A DNA stretch of 64,000 nucleotides from Lingula anatina (GCA_051362555.1 CM120640.1:3162001-3226000), one strand, 5' to 3'. Positions 42,501 through 54,111 are shown, counted from the stretch's first letter. Numbers and translations: made by a program. The notes: generated by a model not told the origin, from the letters alone.

Positions 42501-45500
42501 ATTTCGACCGGCCCAGTCAATCCGACCAAAAAAATTATATTATAAAATTAATTTTTCTGGGCTCAAACATTTAGTCCATACGTCAAAATCATGCGGCAGA
42601 ATTTTTTTCTTGTTCCGATTGTTCGACCACATCGTCGGCAAGACTCGGTAAATTTTCAAGCCAGTCATATAGATGCTGCATGCCGGGCCCTTTGTCAATT
42701 GTTGTCCTTTCAATAGCTCTCGCCAATGAGGAAGAAACTATTAATTGAAGATCTAATCTGGAAGCATGACTTACCTGTCATTTTCTTTGTCCCCGATGAC
42801 AAAATAGTGTTATAGACATACAATTTGTGCTAATTAAGCAGACTTGCCCTCGCTGACTGATTCATCACGCCCGTAACCGGCGGAAGGGGGGGGGGGGTTA
42901 AAAAAGGTCCATTCTTGATGAAACCAAATATCGACAGTGGGTAGAATACGTCGTAAACACCTTCATATAGACCATATATAGCGTTTGCTAGCAATAAAAA
43001 CTTTGGGAAGAATAAGCAATTTATTTTCAAGTTTGATTGAAATATATATGCAGATGGGGAAACGTTCTTGAAGTCAACACCGCAAGATCTTACATTTACT
43101 ACAATCGACCGAAAGATCAGCGGGCTCGACCGCCCAGACTTCTTGGCGCCAAATACCACGCGCTGTCAAAATCTGACGAACACGTGTAGCTGTTCACCTA
43201 CATGGATAACTGATTTGTCAACAATAAAAATGACGTCTTCCTTAACTCCATGAGAGCTTCATAGAGAGTTCCACTGGATATTTACGTTACCTGTGAGTCA
43301 CTTTTTATTTCCCCAGATGCATGAAATGTTGATGATATTTATCTTAATCCACGAAGAACTCCATTCCTGTGACCCCCCTCCCCCAAAATGGGACCGTCTT
43401 CATTAACACGTGGTTTGCGCTATGCTAGACCAGACCAGATAAGACCAGTCTCATTTCTGCATGTGCTCAATGATTCTCGCATCAAATTATAAATGCACTT
43501 GTTTTGTGAAAATTATGGCAATTAAATGCTTATTTTACGTTCGGGTTGTATCAGTGGGGTTTTCAATATGCACCGTGGTTTGTGCACAGCGAGAGTATAT
43601 AATTAAGAAAATCGGAAGAGTGCCAGCAAGATAGGCCTACTGTATGTCTATAGGCACAGGTAGGCTCCGTATTTTGCCTTTTCTCAATGTACCCTGTTTC
43701 AGTGTTCTTTGTCTTGTACATTTTTGATGCAATGTCGTCGTCGCCACTGACGACGCAGAACGTCGTGAGCCACGTCATCGGCCGCACACGACGCAGCACG
43801 CTCGTGGAGGCCGTGACGCGCTCGGCGTTTTTGATGTGGAGTTTTTGTTCTGTTTGATGTTTGACTTTGATGTGCCGTAAGCGGGTTTATTCTTTTATGA
43901 AAGCACAGGATTCTCTGGAAGCCTTAATTTTAGTCTTATTTTAATTCTTATTTCGATTACCAAGAATAAACTTATCTGAAAACCCCAGTTGTCGTTATTA
44001 TCCCGCTTACATTTGGTACCAGAAGTGGGGTAATAAGGCTTCCAGAGATGGAAGAGAAATTGCGCCAACTCGAAGAGGAACTGAGTAAAATAAGGGACAC
44101 CCAACTGATCAATGTGACTGTGACTGCGCCTCCCGTTCGTAAACTGAGAAAGTATGGAGGATCCGCCCATGAACTCTCGACATGGATAGAAGATGCCCAG
44201 AGCCTTTTACCAAGCATTCCGGACCCTGAGCGCACAAAATTTCTGACTAGTCATTTGGAGGGTATAGCCAGAGAAGAAGTTAGACTGATTTCTGACGATG
44301 AAAAGAACTCTGCTGATAAAATTTTCAACATCCTCAAGTCGGCGTTCGGAGACACCAGAACCCCAGTGCAGATAAAACGTGAGTTGTATGATCGTTTTCA
44401 GACCCCAAGAGAGAGTATCAGAGAATTTTCGCGTAAGTTACTAGAATTAACTACAAAATTGGAAGATTCAGAAAGTAAAAACAACATTGTTTGTGAAGTT
44501 TTTAGTGAAAATCTCTATGATACTCAAGTAAAAAGAGAGGTAAAAAGAATCTTCAGATGCAACCCCAGAATTTCCTTCAGTGAGCTCAGAGAGGAAGCCA
44601 TTAAGATGGAGAGGGATGGAAAGCCGACATCACAGTCTGCCCATGTCCAATCCCTTCAAAGTGACCAAGGTGAGTTAGAAAAGCGTATTGACAGCTTGGC
44701 AACAAGATTAGAAGAAATATCTACAACGCAACAAGAAATGATTTCATGGATGAGAGATCAACAACAGCCCCGACAACACCGGTTCCAACCACCACACGGT
44801 ACAGTACAGTACAGTGCGATCTCAGACAGTAAGTCAGCGCCATACACCAACTACCGTTGTCACTATTGCAAGAAGATGGGACACATTCAGCGTGACTGCC
44901 GTAAGCGTCGGAAGGATATGACGGGCCAGGGTACGCCGCAGACGACATCCACTTTCAGCGAAGTTCATAGAACAGCTGATAATTACTCAAGGGACGAGGG
45001 AAACTAAAAGGCCCTGCTGACGCGAGGCAAGCAGACGGGGCAAAGAAAATGGAAGAAATGATTAAAGCCTCATTAATGGGAAAATGTCCAACCATACGTT
45101 GCAGTATTTCCGGAGTTGAAACAGAATTATTTCTGGATCTCGGCAGTCAGGTTACGATCCTCGAGGAATGGTGGTTTGAAGAAAATCTTAAGTCTCAGTT
45201 TAGTGACCTTGCAGATGCCTCAACCTGGCTGAGATTAACTGCAGCGAATGGATTGGAGATTCCATATTTAGGTTATTTTATTACACACACCACTGTTTTG
45301 GGTAAAACTGTAGAAAATTGTGGCATCCTAGTAAATAAGGGTGCATCCTCTCCCATGAAATCACACATTGCAGGTATCCTGGGTATGAATGTCCTCCGTC
45401 ACCTCCCAGATATCCAAGAATTGCTTAAAAAGGTTTCCCCCCAAGAGTCATCTTCATTTTCTTGTGTTGATGGGCATGTTTTTAAAGTTGCTGGCCAGGA

Positions 45501-48500
45501 TATGGTGAATATTCCAGCCTGGTCCACGCGCATTGTTTCTGCATATGGACCACGTTATCCAGGGATGTTGATCACTGAAGCCCTCGATAATCCAGTGTGT
45601 GGTGGGTTGCTTTTGAACCCAGGGCTAGTCGTATCCGAAAGTGGACATTTTGACGTGGAAGTGTTTAACCCGACGGAAAATGAAGTTTGGCTTCGACCTC
45701 GCTCTCCACTGGGAAGAGTTTCTGCGGCTGATATTGTGGATACAACTCATCAAGTTGAATTGAAGGACTGTGGTGACTGTATACAGGTTAGCCTACACCC
45801 TAATAAATCCACAGCATCAGTGTGTACAGCGCAGTACGCAACCAGCCAAGCACCCCCTGAGAGTCTAGATTGGTTGAAAGACATAGCCGTGGGAGACATT
45901 TCCACTTGTGATTCCAAACGACTCACTGAAGTATTAAGTCGTAACAAACATGTGTTTGCTTTCTGTGACGAAGACGTGGGTCTCACTCATACAATAACTC
46001 ATCCTATTCACACATCGGATGACGCTCCTGTAAAATGCCCTTACCGACGTATACCGCCGCCGCATTTCCAGGAAGTGAAAGAACATATACACGATCTAGT
46101 CAAGAAGGGAGTGATACGACCTAGTACGTCTGAGTATGCCAGTCCCATAGTTGTATGCAGGAAAAAGAATGGGAAGATTCGAATGTGTGTAGATTACCGG
46201 AAGCTGAATTCCAAGACCAGAAAAGATGCTTACCCTCTTCCACGCGTGGAAGAAACGTTTGATCACATGAGTGGAGCTAAGTACTTTTCAACAATTGATT
46301 TGAAGGCAGCCTATAATCAAGTTGAGGTAGCAGAGCCTGACCAGCATAAGACAGCTTTCACGACCCCAATGGGACTGTATGAATATGTTAAAATGCCGTA
46401 TGGGCTTTGTAACTCGCCCGCGACATTTCAGCGGTTGATGCAACTCATCTTCCGTGACGAAATGAATGAAAAGATGATTGTTTTCTTAGATGATATTATC
46501 GTTTTCTCGTCCACAATTGAAGAGCACTTTCAGCGACTTGAAATGGTTTTTCAGCGCCTGGGAAAACATGGGTTGAAAATCGAGCCGAGTAAGTGCCATT
46601 TATTTAAGAAGTCGGTGACGTACTTAGGGCAAATCATTTCAGAACAAGGGATTTCACCAGATCCAGACAAAGTAAAAGTAGTGTCAGATTGGCCAGTACC
46701 CCAGAATGCTGCGGAACTACGAGCATTTTTAGGCACAGCTGGATACCACCGACGGTACATTCGTCATTTTTCTCAGAAAGCCGCACCCTTGTTCAGTTTG
46801 GTGAACCAAGATCCAAACAAGGGGAAGAAAAGGAAGTTTGGTCGTAAGCTGGAGAAACCACGTGTGCCATTCGTGTGGGGCGCCGACCATCAGAACGCAT
46901 TCGACACACTAAAGAGTGATTTGATCTCTGCTCCTGTATTGGGATTTGCCGACTTTTCGAAACCATTTGTTTTAGAGACTGATGCGAGTCAGTCTGGTTT
47001 AGGTGCCGTTTTATTCCAGGAACAGGAAGGAAAAAGAGTTGTGATTGCTTATGCTAGTCGTGGACTTCGCGGTGCTGAGAAGAAATTTTACAGTTCAATG
47101 AAGTTAGAACTTCTCGCTCTAAAGTGGGCCATAACAGAAAAGTTCCGAGATTTCCTGCTAGCTGCTCCATTCCTGGTATTAACAGACAACAATCCTCTGT
47201 GTTATGTGCAGTCATCTGCTAAGCTAAGTGCTACAGAACATCGCTGGCAGGCAGAATTGGCCAGATTTAATTTTACAATCCAGTACCGACCAGGTAAATT
47301 GAATGGATCGGCCGATGGGTTAAGTCGAAGACCTCCAGTTGATGACGTCACTGTACTTGATGAAGATGACATTGCAGAAATACTACAGGTCACTACAATA
47401 CCTGCAGAGATTCGCCAGAAGCTACTGAAAGCGACATTATGTACCACCGACGCCAGTGTAAATCACGTATTTGAATCACTTGTGCCAGTCACACCAAATG
47501 GAGGAAGCATCGACATTCAACAGAAACAGAGAGCTGATCCCGTGATAAACAGATTACGCTATTTCCTTCAGACAGGTAACAGTCCGTCAGCAAGGGAGAG
47601 GCGAAAAGAAGTCCCAGATGTGAAGAGACTTTTAAGACAGATGGAGCGATTTCATGACCAAGACGGAATCCTATACAGAAAATGCAGAGATCCAGGCAAT
47701 GGTGAAGAGATAAATCAACTCTTGCTGCCAGAAAATCTGAAGGAAACAGTATTGAATGCTCTACATGATCGAATGGGGCATCAGGGGGCTGAACGTACAG
47801 AAAAATTGATCCGATCACGATACTATTGGCCTAATATGTCTGCCGATGTTAAGGACTGGATATCAAACTGTGAAAGGTGTAATCTGGCCAAAATGCCATC
47901 ACGAAATATTCGTACACCTATGCAAAGCATCATAGCTCATGAGCCAATGGAAATCGTCGCCATTGATTTCACAGTTTTGGAACCAGCCGGAAACGGAATT
48001 GAAAATGTTCTAGTCATGACTGACGTATACAGCAAATTTACAATTGCCGTACCTACGAAGAACCAGACAGCTCAGACAGTTGCGAAAGCCCTTGTGCGGG
48101 AATGGTTCCTACATTATGGAGTGCCTCAAAGAATTCACTCAGATCAAGGAAAATCATTCGATGCCAAGATAGTGAGTGAGTTGTACAAAATTTATGGAAT
48201 TGATAAATCCCGCACAACACCATACCACCCGAGAGGGAATGGACAGTGCGAGAGATTCAATCGTACAATGCATGATCTCTTACGTACATTAACACCAGCT
48301 CAGAAGACCAAGTGGCCGGACTTCTTGCCTGAACTAGTGTATGCTTACAATGTCACTCCACATTCAGCCACTGGATTTAGTCCATTTTATTTGATCTTTG
48401 GTCGAGTACCGAAGCTGCCCATTGATTTAATGCTCGATACTTCAACTGCAGTTCCAGACAACAGGACAGAATGGATATGTCGTCATAGAGAGAGACTTAA

Positions 48501-51500
48501 GGAGGCTTATAGAAAGACCACCAAGCAACTAGAAGCTGACATTGAAAAGAGGAAAAGGGTTTATGATAGAAGTGCAGAAGAGAGCGTGCTGCAAGTCGGG
48601 GATCACGTGCATCTCCGCAACCGCATTCAGGGCAGAAATAAGATTGGGGATGCATGGTCACCTGAAGTCTATATTATTAAAGAAAGGAAAGACAATACCT
48701 ACATGGTGGTTGCTATGGTCGGGCGAAAAACCTCCTGTGTTAATCGCAAGGACTTGAAACTCTGTGTACCAAAGACTGTAACAAAAGCTATTGAAAATCG
48801 CAAATCGCGAAGAAATGCAGTCAACCAAAGAAGAGGAGATATTTCGATTTCTTCGGAATCAGACAATGATAATGAACATGGAACTGTTTCTAGTTCTTCT
48901 GAATCTGACAGTGACAATGAACTGGGTTTTGACGTTCAAATGGAAATGCGGTGTGAAACTAGTTCCGACTCGGAACACTCGGCTCATACAGATGAAGTAG
49001 AACCCCCCTCACAATCTGTACGACGCACAACTCGGCGCCGTGCAGGTTTTCATTCGAATCCGTTTAATGAGCCGCGTTCCGTATTAAACCAAAACTTTCA
49101 TTAGACGTGGTCGTCTAATATTTTTTTCCAGGGGAGACTGTACCCTGTTTCAGTGTTCTTTGTCTTGTACATTTTTGATGCAATGTCGTCGTCGCCACTG
49201 ACGACGCAGAACGTCGTGAGCCACGTCATCGGCCGCACACGACGCAGCACGCTCGTGGAGGCCGTGACGCGCTCGGCGTTTTTGATGTGGAGTTTTTGTT
49301 CTGTTTGATGTTTGACTTTGATGTGCCGTAAGCGGGTTTATTCTTTTATGAAAGCACAGGATTCTCTGGAAGCCTTAATTTTAGTCTTATTTTAATTCTT
49401 ATTTCGATTACCAAGAATAAACTTATCTGAAAACCCCAGTTGTCGTTATTATCCCGCTTACATTAATATGTTTTAATATGACATGCTTTTTAAATAAAAT
49501 ACTTATAGGTAAATTGAAGTTACACTGAATTCCGTTTGAGTACCAGTTGGTATTCTTTGATACGGGTGATTGAATTTTCTTCGGAAGTACGTCTACGCCT
49601 CGACGCTGAGCAAGCCTTGTGGGTTGAAAACAACTGATCTCAGACTGGTAAAAAATTTCAGTTCGGTTGATTTCAGTTGTCATATCAAAATTCAAATAAG
49701 GCGTACGTAGATCAGATAACTAGTTTAAGTCTACTAAAGCTACCGGTTTCAAATATAAGTGACCGGCCTTTGTTTACAACACCTGTCTCTGGGGAAATAC
49801 TCGTCCCACTCGTGAAGCGCATCATGAAAATGATCGTAGGTGAGGGAAATATATAATTAGAAATTATAATTGTCATCTTTTTTAATGTTAAGTAATGTTA
49901 GCACATATTGTACACAGCAAAATAAGATTTTAAAAGGAGGATAAAACAAGCCTGAAACACGTGTTAGGCGAAAATTGCGGCTTTTCTTGCGTAACACTTC
50001 CGGTAAAATGCAATACTTCCGGAAAGATGGACGTTTTGGCAGATGCCCCTAACAATCCGACAATATCAAAGGTTTCCATTTGCTGTATTTTAATCAATTC
50101 GACCAAACTGACATTTCCATGAAATTAATTAATTAATCTTGGTCGAATTGTTTGGCATATTACCGTAGGAAGTCATTTACTTGGAATCTAGATGTGACCT
50201 TGAAATTGACCTTTGACCTACTTTTCACCATGAACTGAACTTTGCAAATTTTTGTTCCGTTTAATCTCCAAAACTGGCAGAGATAGGTCCATAGTTACAA
50301 TTGAACTTGAATAGGAAGTCATTAGAGGCAATTTACTCTGACCTTGACGTTGACCTTTGACCTACTTTTTATCATGAACTGAACTTTGCAAATTTTTGTT
50401 CTCTTTTATCTCCAAAACTGGCAAAGATTCGCCCATAGTTACTATTGAATTAGATTAGAAAGTCATTAGAGACATTTTATTGTGACCTTAAAATTGACCT
50501 TTGACCTACTTTTCACCATGTACTGAACTTTGCAAATTTTCATTCCCTTTTATCTCCAAAACTGGCAGAGATAGGTCCATAGTTACTATTGAACTTGAAT
50601 AGGAAGTCATATACTGGCAATCTAAGTGTGACCTTGAAATTGACCTTTGACCTACTTTTCATCATGAATTGAACTTTGCAGATTTTCTTTCCCTTTTATC
50701 TCCAAAACTGGCTGTGATATATCCATAGTTACTATTGAACTTAAATAGGAAGTCATATACTGGCAATTTACTGTGACCTTTAAATTGACCTTTGACCTTC
50801 CTTTTACTATGAACTGAACTTTGCAAATTTTCGTTCACCTTTATCTCCAAAACTGACAGAGATAGGTCCATACTTACTATTGAACTTGAATAGGAAGTAA
50901 TACACTAGCAATCTGTGACCTTGAAATTGACCTTTGACCTACTTTTTATGATGAACTGCTTTTTGCATGTTTTCTGGCCTTTGAATCTGCAAAATTGGCA
51001 AAGAAATGTCCATGGTTGCTATTGAACTTGAATAGAAATTCATATACTATGATATTGAAATTGACCTTTGACCTACTTTTTCACCATGAACTGAGCTTTG
51101 CATATTTTCTTGCCTCTAATATCTTTAAAACTAGCAGAGATGTGCCCATTGTTTCCCCAAGGTTTTCTCTTTTGTCAGCATATATGCACCATTGACAACA
51201 CATTTCAAGGAAAACCAATAGGCCTTTTGTCTAGAGAATACAGTAGTGATCAAGGGTAGGAAAATGCAAGTCAATTCGAAAATCTGCTTGATTGTACCAT
51301 TTTTAGTTATATTTTTTTGCATATTTTGAGAACTCTTGTTGATTGCATCTTATAGAGCTTCTCAAACACAAGACTGGTGATGGTGTCCCTTTTAGGAGGG
51401 GGGGGGGGGTCCATACGAATGCGCTTACTCCAGCTGGTGGTACAATATCCGGAGGCGGTATCGCCTCTCTGATCCTCTAGTTTTATTTGGTTTAAAGTTG

Positions 51501-52871
51501 ATATGAATTATAAAGTTAATATGATTTATGTGCATTTTAAAATATTCAGATACCACTGATACAACAAGCTCAAGCCATGAACCACCGCAAGATGAAGTTT
51601 TTTGGGAGTCCTTGGAGTGCGCCATCTTGGATGAAAACCAACAAGAACATGAAAGGACGGGGCAGCTTGATGGGGCAGCCAGGGGGGAAATACTTCAAAA
51701 CTTGGGCCCAGTATTTTGTCAGGTTAGATCCTGATATAATTTTTAGCACTGATTGGAGGTCAGACAAGAAGACGAATGAAAATTCGATGATTTATTTCAG
51801 TTGTTAATGTCTGCATATTATTTTATTAGTTTAATTCTTGTATTAAATAGCTTATTTATTAGTGCTGGTGTGAAAATAAACTCAATAGGAAACCATTTAT
51901 TTTTCTAATCAACAGGTTCATTCAAGAATACCAAAAGCAGAACATTACTATGTGGGGTATTACTGCTCAAAACGAGCCATCAGATGGTGAAATCATCGAC
52001 TTCCCTTTCCAAGCCATGGGCTGGACTGCAGACCTCCAGAGGGACTTCATCAAAACAGACCTAGGCCCAGCCCTGCAGGCAGCTGGCTTTGGCAGCGTGA
52101 AACTGATGATTCTGGATGACAACAGGATCTGGCTGCCTCTCTGGGCAAAGACAGTATGATATCATAATGATTTGGTTCATATTTTCGTGGAACAAAATAA
52201 ATGTTGGTTACTTTTGTGCACAAATTCAACAAAATAGAGAGACCTGTGTATTAATTGTGAATTTCAAGATGGTTTACGAGAATAGCCTGGCAAACAGATA
52301 AAATTCACATTTAAACCATTCCATAGTATCTTAACTCTCCAATATATTACATCTTGAACATCAATGCCATTTTTTCATAACTAAGGAAAATATTTGCACC
52401 TCATTTTAACTTAAGTCATCTGATAGATATAAAAGGAGCATAAATTTTTATGGAGGAGAGAGGATATTAAGAAGGGAGATAAGTGATAAGTGGAATGGCG
52501 CATTGGCACTTTTGACAAAATTTGAAAGGAATTTCATGCTTTGTTTTTCTTGAAAACTGGCATCCATGCAAGACAATCACTAATTTCTGTCCTTCCAGGT
52601 CCTGTCAGACCCAGTGGCAGCCAAGTATGTGTCAGGTATAGGTGTTCATTGGTACCTGGACACAGAATGGTTGGTGCCTGCATCACTGCTCACAGACACC
52701 CACAACCTGTTTCCAGACAAGTTTATCCTGGCCACAGAAGCCTGTGCTGGCTCCATGCCCTGGCAGACCAAGGTGGTACTAGGGAGCTGGGATAGGGCAG
52801 AGAGTTACAGCAGGGATATCATAGAGGTAGGCACAGTGCACCCACCATATACCTCGCACTCTAGCTCCCTC

Positions 52872-52902
<31 letters not shown>

Positions 52903-54100
52903 TTGACTGGTCCTTGCATCATTACTCTACAAATCATTCTCACTCTGCCCCCACCCCCCCTTCCACCCCCCTCTTTCTCTGTATATTATTTCTGTCTGAT
53001 GCTTTTCACATCCAACAGTTCTTTTAGCTGGACAGGCTCACTGTGACAGGTCCAAACATGTAAATACACTACATGGGTTTACCCCCTTTCACAAGTAATC
53101 CAAATTGCGCTTTCTGCTCTTCATTCTAATTACTTGTAGTTAATTGGCAGTGTTGAACATTGGGAATCCATTTAGGTGACTCTCTTACATTATAGCTAGA
53201 CTTCATAGTTGTCATGTTATCTGAGTGATATTCTGTCTATTTGCACTCTAAAATTGTGAACCTCCACATCTCCAGGATATCTCCAACTGGGCCAGTGGCT
53301 GGACAGACTGGAACCTAGCTCTGAACATGCAGGGAGGCCCTAACTGGGTGAAAAACTTTGTGGACAGTCCAATTATAGTCAATGCTGAACGTGATGAGTT
53401 CTATAAGCAACCCATGTTTTATGTAATGGGACATTTTAGGTAAGATGGTGAAGTTTTTATTTAAAAATGTAGAAGAACAAAGATAACTGTTACAGTAGTG
53501 GTGGAAGTAAAATTTTGGGCACAGTTGTGACAGTATCTGCTTCTCTTTATAGCGTTAAAACAAACACTAAATGACGTTTTAGATTTGCATACAAACAAAA
53601 ATATTTCATTTAGGGAAGGCAGCAAAATATAGTTGATGTGTTTCTGTTTGCAGCAAGTTTGTTCCTCCAGATTCTGTGCGAATAGACCTGACATCTTCTG
53701 ACAAGTCCATACTGGCAGTGGCTTTCACAGCTCCTGATAAATCAACTGTACTGGTCACTAGCAACAGGTAAGACAGGCCAGAAGCCAAGGGCCGGTTGGG
53801 GGGGGGGGGGGTGAAGGAACCACCCTTTTGGTCAGCAAAGATCATGCCTAAATGAAAATTTTATCTAGGTTCTATGCTTTTGAATGATCTGGATGCTACA
53901 TCAGGAAAAAAAATGTATGTCAGTTTTCCTCTTAATTCGGATATTTCAAATTTATAATCTTTCAGATATGGCTGATATAAATATAATCTTATTGCAGACA
54001 AAACCAAGATGTGACAGTAGTAGTGAAGGACAGCGCAGTGGGGACCATGACCATCACTTTACCACCCCACAGTATACAGACCTTTGTATGGTGGACATAG
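39557..54100 (+). CDS. GBA1: Lysosomal acid glucosylceramidase (GH30). Exons ~39557-39665, 40061-40258, 40630-40782, 41214-41347, 51550-51722, 51916-52153, 52599-52827, 53276-53439, 53654-53767, 53998-54100
   Basis: Signal-peptide exon, [42 protein letters not shown], acid/base AQNEP, nucleophile [13 protein letters not shown]...[32 protein letters not shown]. Confidence 0.96.
43688..44011 (+). repeat. 5' LTR
   Basis: TGTACCC...CTTACA; identical to 49139-49462; AATAAA near 43965. Confidence 0.97.
44014..44031 (+). promoter_or_regulatory. Primer binding site, likely tRNA-Leu
   Basis: TGGTACCAGAAGTGGGGT 2 nt after the LTR, complementary to a tRNA 3' end ACCCCACUUCUGGUACCA. The Leu(TAA) assignment is from memory. 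Confidence 0.75.
44048..45007 (+). CDS. gag: Gag (319 aa) with CCHC zinc knuckle
   Basis: Intact ORF after the PBS; MHR-like [15 protein letters not shown]; [14 protein letters not shown]. Confidence 0.93.
   Translation: MEEKLRQLEEELSKIRDTQLINVTVTAPPVRKLRKYGGSAHELSTWIEDAQSLLPSIPDPERTKFLTSHLEGIAREEVRLISDDEKNSADKIFNILKSAFGDTRTPVQIKRELYDRFQTPRESIREFSRKLLELTTKLEDSESKNNIVCEVFSENLYDTQVKREVKRIFRCNPRISFSELREEAIKMERDGKPTSQSAHVQSLQSDQGELEKRIDSLATRLEEISTTQQEMISWMRDQQQPRQHRFQPPHGTVQYSAISDSKSAPYTNYRCHYCKKMGHIQRDCRKRRKDMTGQGTPQTTSTFSEVHRTADNYSRDEGN
45049..49104 (+). CDS. pol: Pol polyprotein (protease, RT, RNase H, integrase), probably made as Gag-Pol via -1 frameshift
   Basis: [42 protein letters not shown]...GLGAVL, H-H-C-C zinc finger, DDE integrase (AIDF, HSDQG, NGQCER), GPY/F-like region. 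Confidence 0.97.
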   Translation: MEEMIKASLMGKCPTIRCSISGVETELFLDLGSQVTILEEWWFEENLKSQFSDLADASTWLRLTAANGLEIPYLGYFITHTTVLGKTVENCGILVNKGASSPMKSHIAGILGMNVLRHLPDIQELLKKVSPQESSSFSCVDGHVFKVAGQDMVNIPAWSTRIVSAYGPRYPGMLITEALDNPVCGGLLLNPGLVVSESGHFDVEVFNPTENEVWLRPRSPLGRVSAADIVDTTHQVELKDCGDCIQVSLHPNKSTASVCTAQYATSQAPPESLDWLKDIAVGDISTCDSKRLTEVLSRNKHVFAFCDEDVGLTHTITHPIHTSDDAPVKCPYRRIPPPHFQEVKEHIHDLVKKGVIRPSTSEYASPIVVCRKKNGKIRMCVDYRKLNSKTRKDAYPLPRVEETFDHMSGAKYFSTIDLKAAYNQVEVAEPDQHKTAFTTPMGLYEYVKMPYGLCNSPATFQRLMQLIFRDEMNEKMIVFLDDIIVFSSTIEEHFQRLEMVFQRLGKHGLKIEPSKCHLFKKSVTYLGQIISEQGISPDPDKVKVVSDWPVPQNAAELRAFLGTAGYHRRYIRHFSQKAAPLFSLVNQDPNKGKKRKFGRKLEKPRVPFVWGADHQNAFDTLKSDLISAPVLGFADFSKPFVLETDASQSGLGAVLFQEQEGKRVVIAYASRGLRGAEKKFYSSMKLELLALKWAITEKFRDFLLAAPFLVLTDNNPLCYVQSSAKLSATEHRWQAELARFNFTIQYRPGKLNGSADGLSRRPPVDDVTVLDEDDIAEILQVTTIPAEIRQKLLKATLCTTDASVNHVFESLVPVTPNGGSIDIQQKQRADPVINRLRYFLQTGNSPSARERRKEVPDVKRLLRQMERFHDQDGILYRKCRDPGNGEEINQLLLPENLKETVLNALHDRMGHQGAERTEKLIRSRYYWPNMSADVKDWISNCERCNLAKMPSRNIRTPMQSIIAHEPMEIVAIDFTVLEPAGNGIENVLVMTDVYSKFTIAVPTKNQTAQTVAKALVREWFLHYGVPQRIHSDQGKSFDAKIVSELYKIYGIDKSRTTPYHPRGNGQCERFNRTMHDLLRTLTPAQKTKWPDFLPELVYAYNVTPHSATGFSPFYLIFGRVPKLPIDLMLDTSTAVPDNRTEWICRHRERLKEAYRKTTKQLEADIEKRKRVYDRSAEESVLQVGDHVHLRNRIQGRNKIGDAWSPEVYIIKERKDNTYMVVAMVGRKTSCVNRKDLKLCVPKTVTKAIENRKSRRNAVNQRRGDISISSESDNDNEHGTVSSSSESDSDNELGFDVQMEMRCETSSDSEHSAHTDEVEPPSQSVRRTTRRRAGFHSNPFNEPRSVLNQNFH
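49139..49462 (+). repeat. 3' LTR
   Basis: Identical to the 5' LTR. Confidence 0.97.
50166..51150. repeat. ~146-bp tandem array in HINE copy A (~7 units, more diverged)
   Basis: ATCTCCAAAACTGGCAGAGATAGGTCC...TGACCTTGAAATTGACCTTTGACCT recurs at ~145-146-bp period. Confidence 0.9.
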
Positions 54101-54111
54101 GATGGAGAATA

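Larger units (their letters stand above)
43688..49462 (+). mobile_element. Full-length Ty3/Gypsy LTR retrotransposon (5775 bp)
   Basis: Identical 324-bp TG...CA LTRs, PBS, gag, pol in PR-RT-RH-IN order, purine tract AGGGGAGA before the 3' LTR. Confidence 0.98.
42485..50165. mobile_element. TIR DNA transposon with TA TSD (Tc1/mariner/pogo-type, non-autonomous, ~1.9 kb excluding the Gypsy)
   Basis: TIRs CGGTAATGTGCCAAGCATTTCGACC and the reverse complement of GGTCGAATTGTTTGGCATATTACCG match 22/25. It splits the repeat motif GAATAGGAAG into GAATA|...|TAGGAAG. Confidence 0.82.
41632..51481 (+). mobile_element. Helentron-associated (HINE/DINE-1-like) non-autonomous element, copy A, interrupted by nested insertions
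   Basis: 5' hairpin GTACCACCAGCG-tgta-CGCTGGCGGTAC, CGGCTCCG microsatellite, internal 146-bp tandem repeats, 3' subTIR GCTGGTGGTACAA, 3' hairpin GAGGCG-gtat-CGCCTC, CTAG end into a T-run, no TSD. Confidence 0.8.

Noticed and set aside
45750-49000. Antisense and alternative-frame ORFs within pol, including a possible env or chromodomain
   Set aside because: These are short shadow ORFs. The pol C-terminus is acidic low-complexity with no recognisable chromodomain, and there is no room for env before the PPT.
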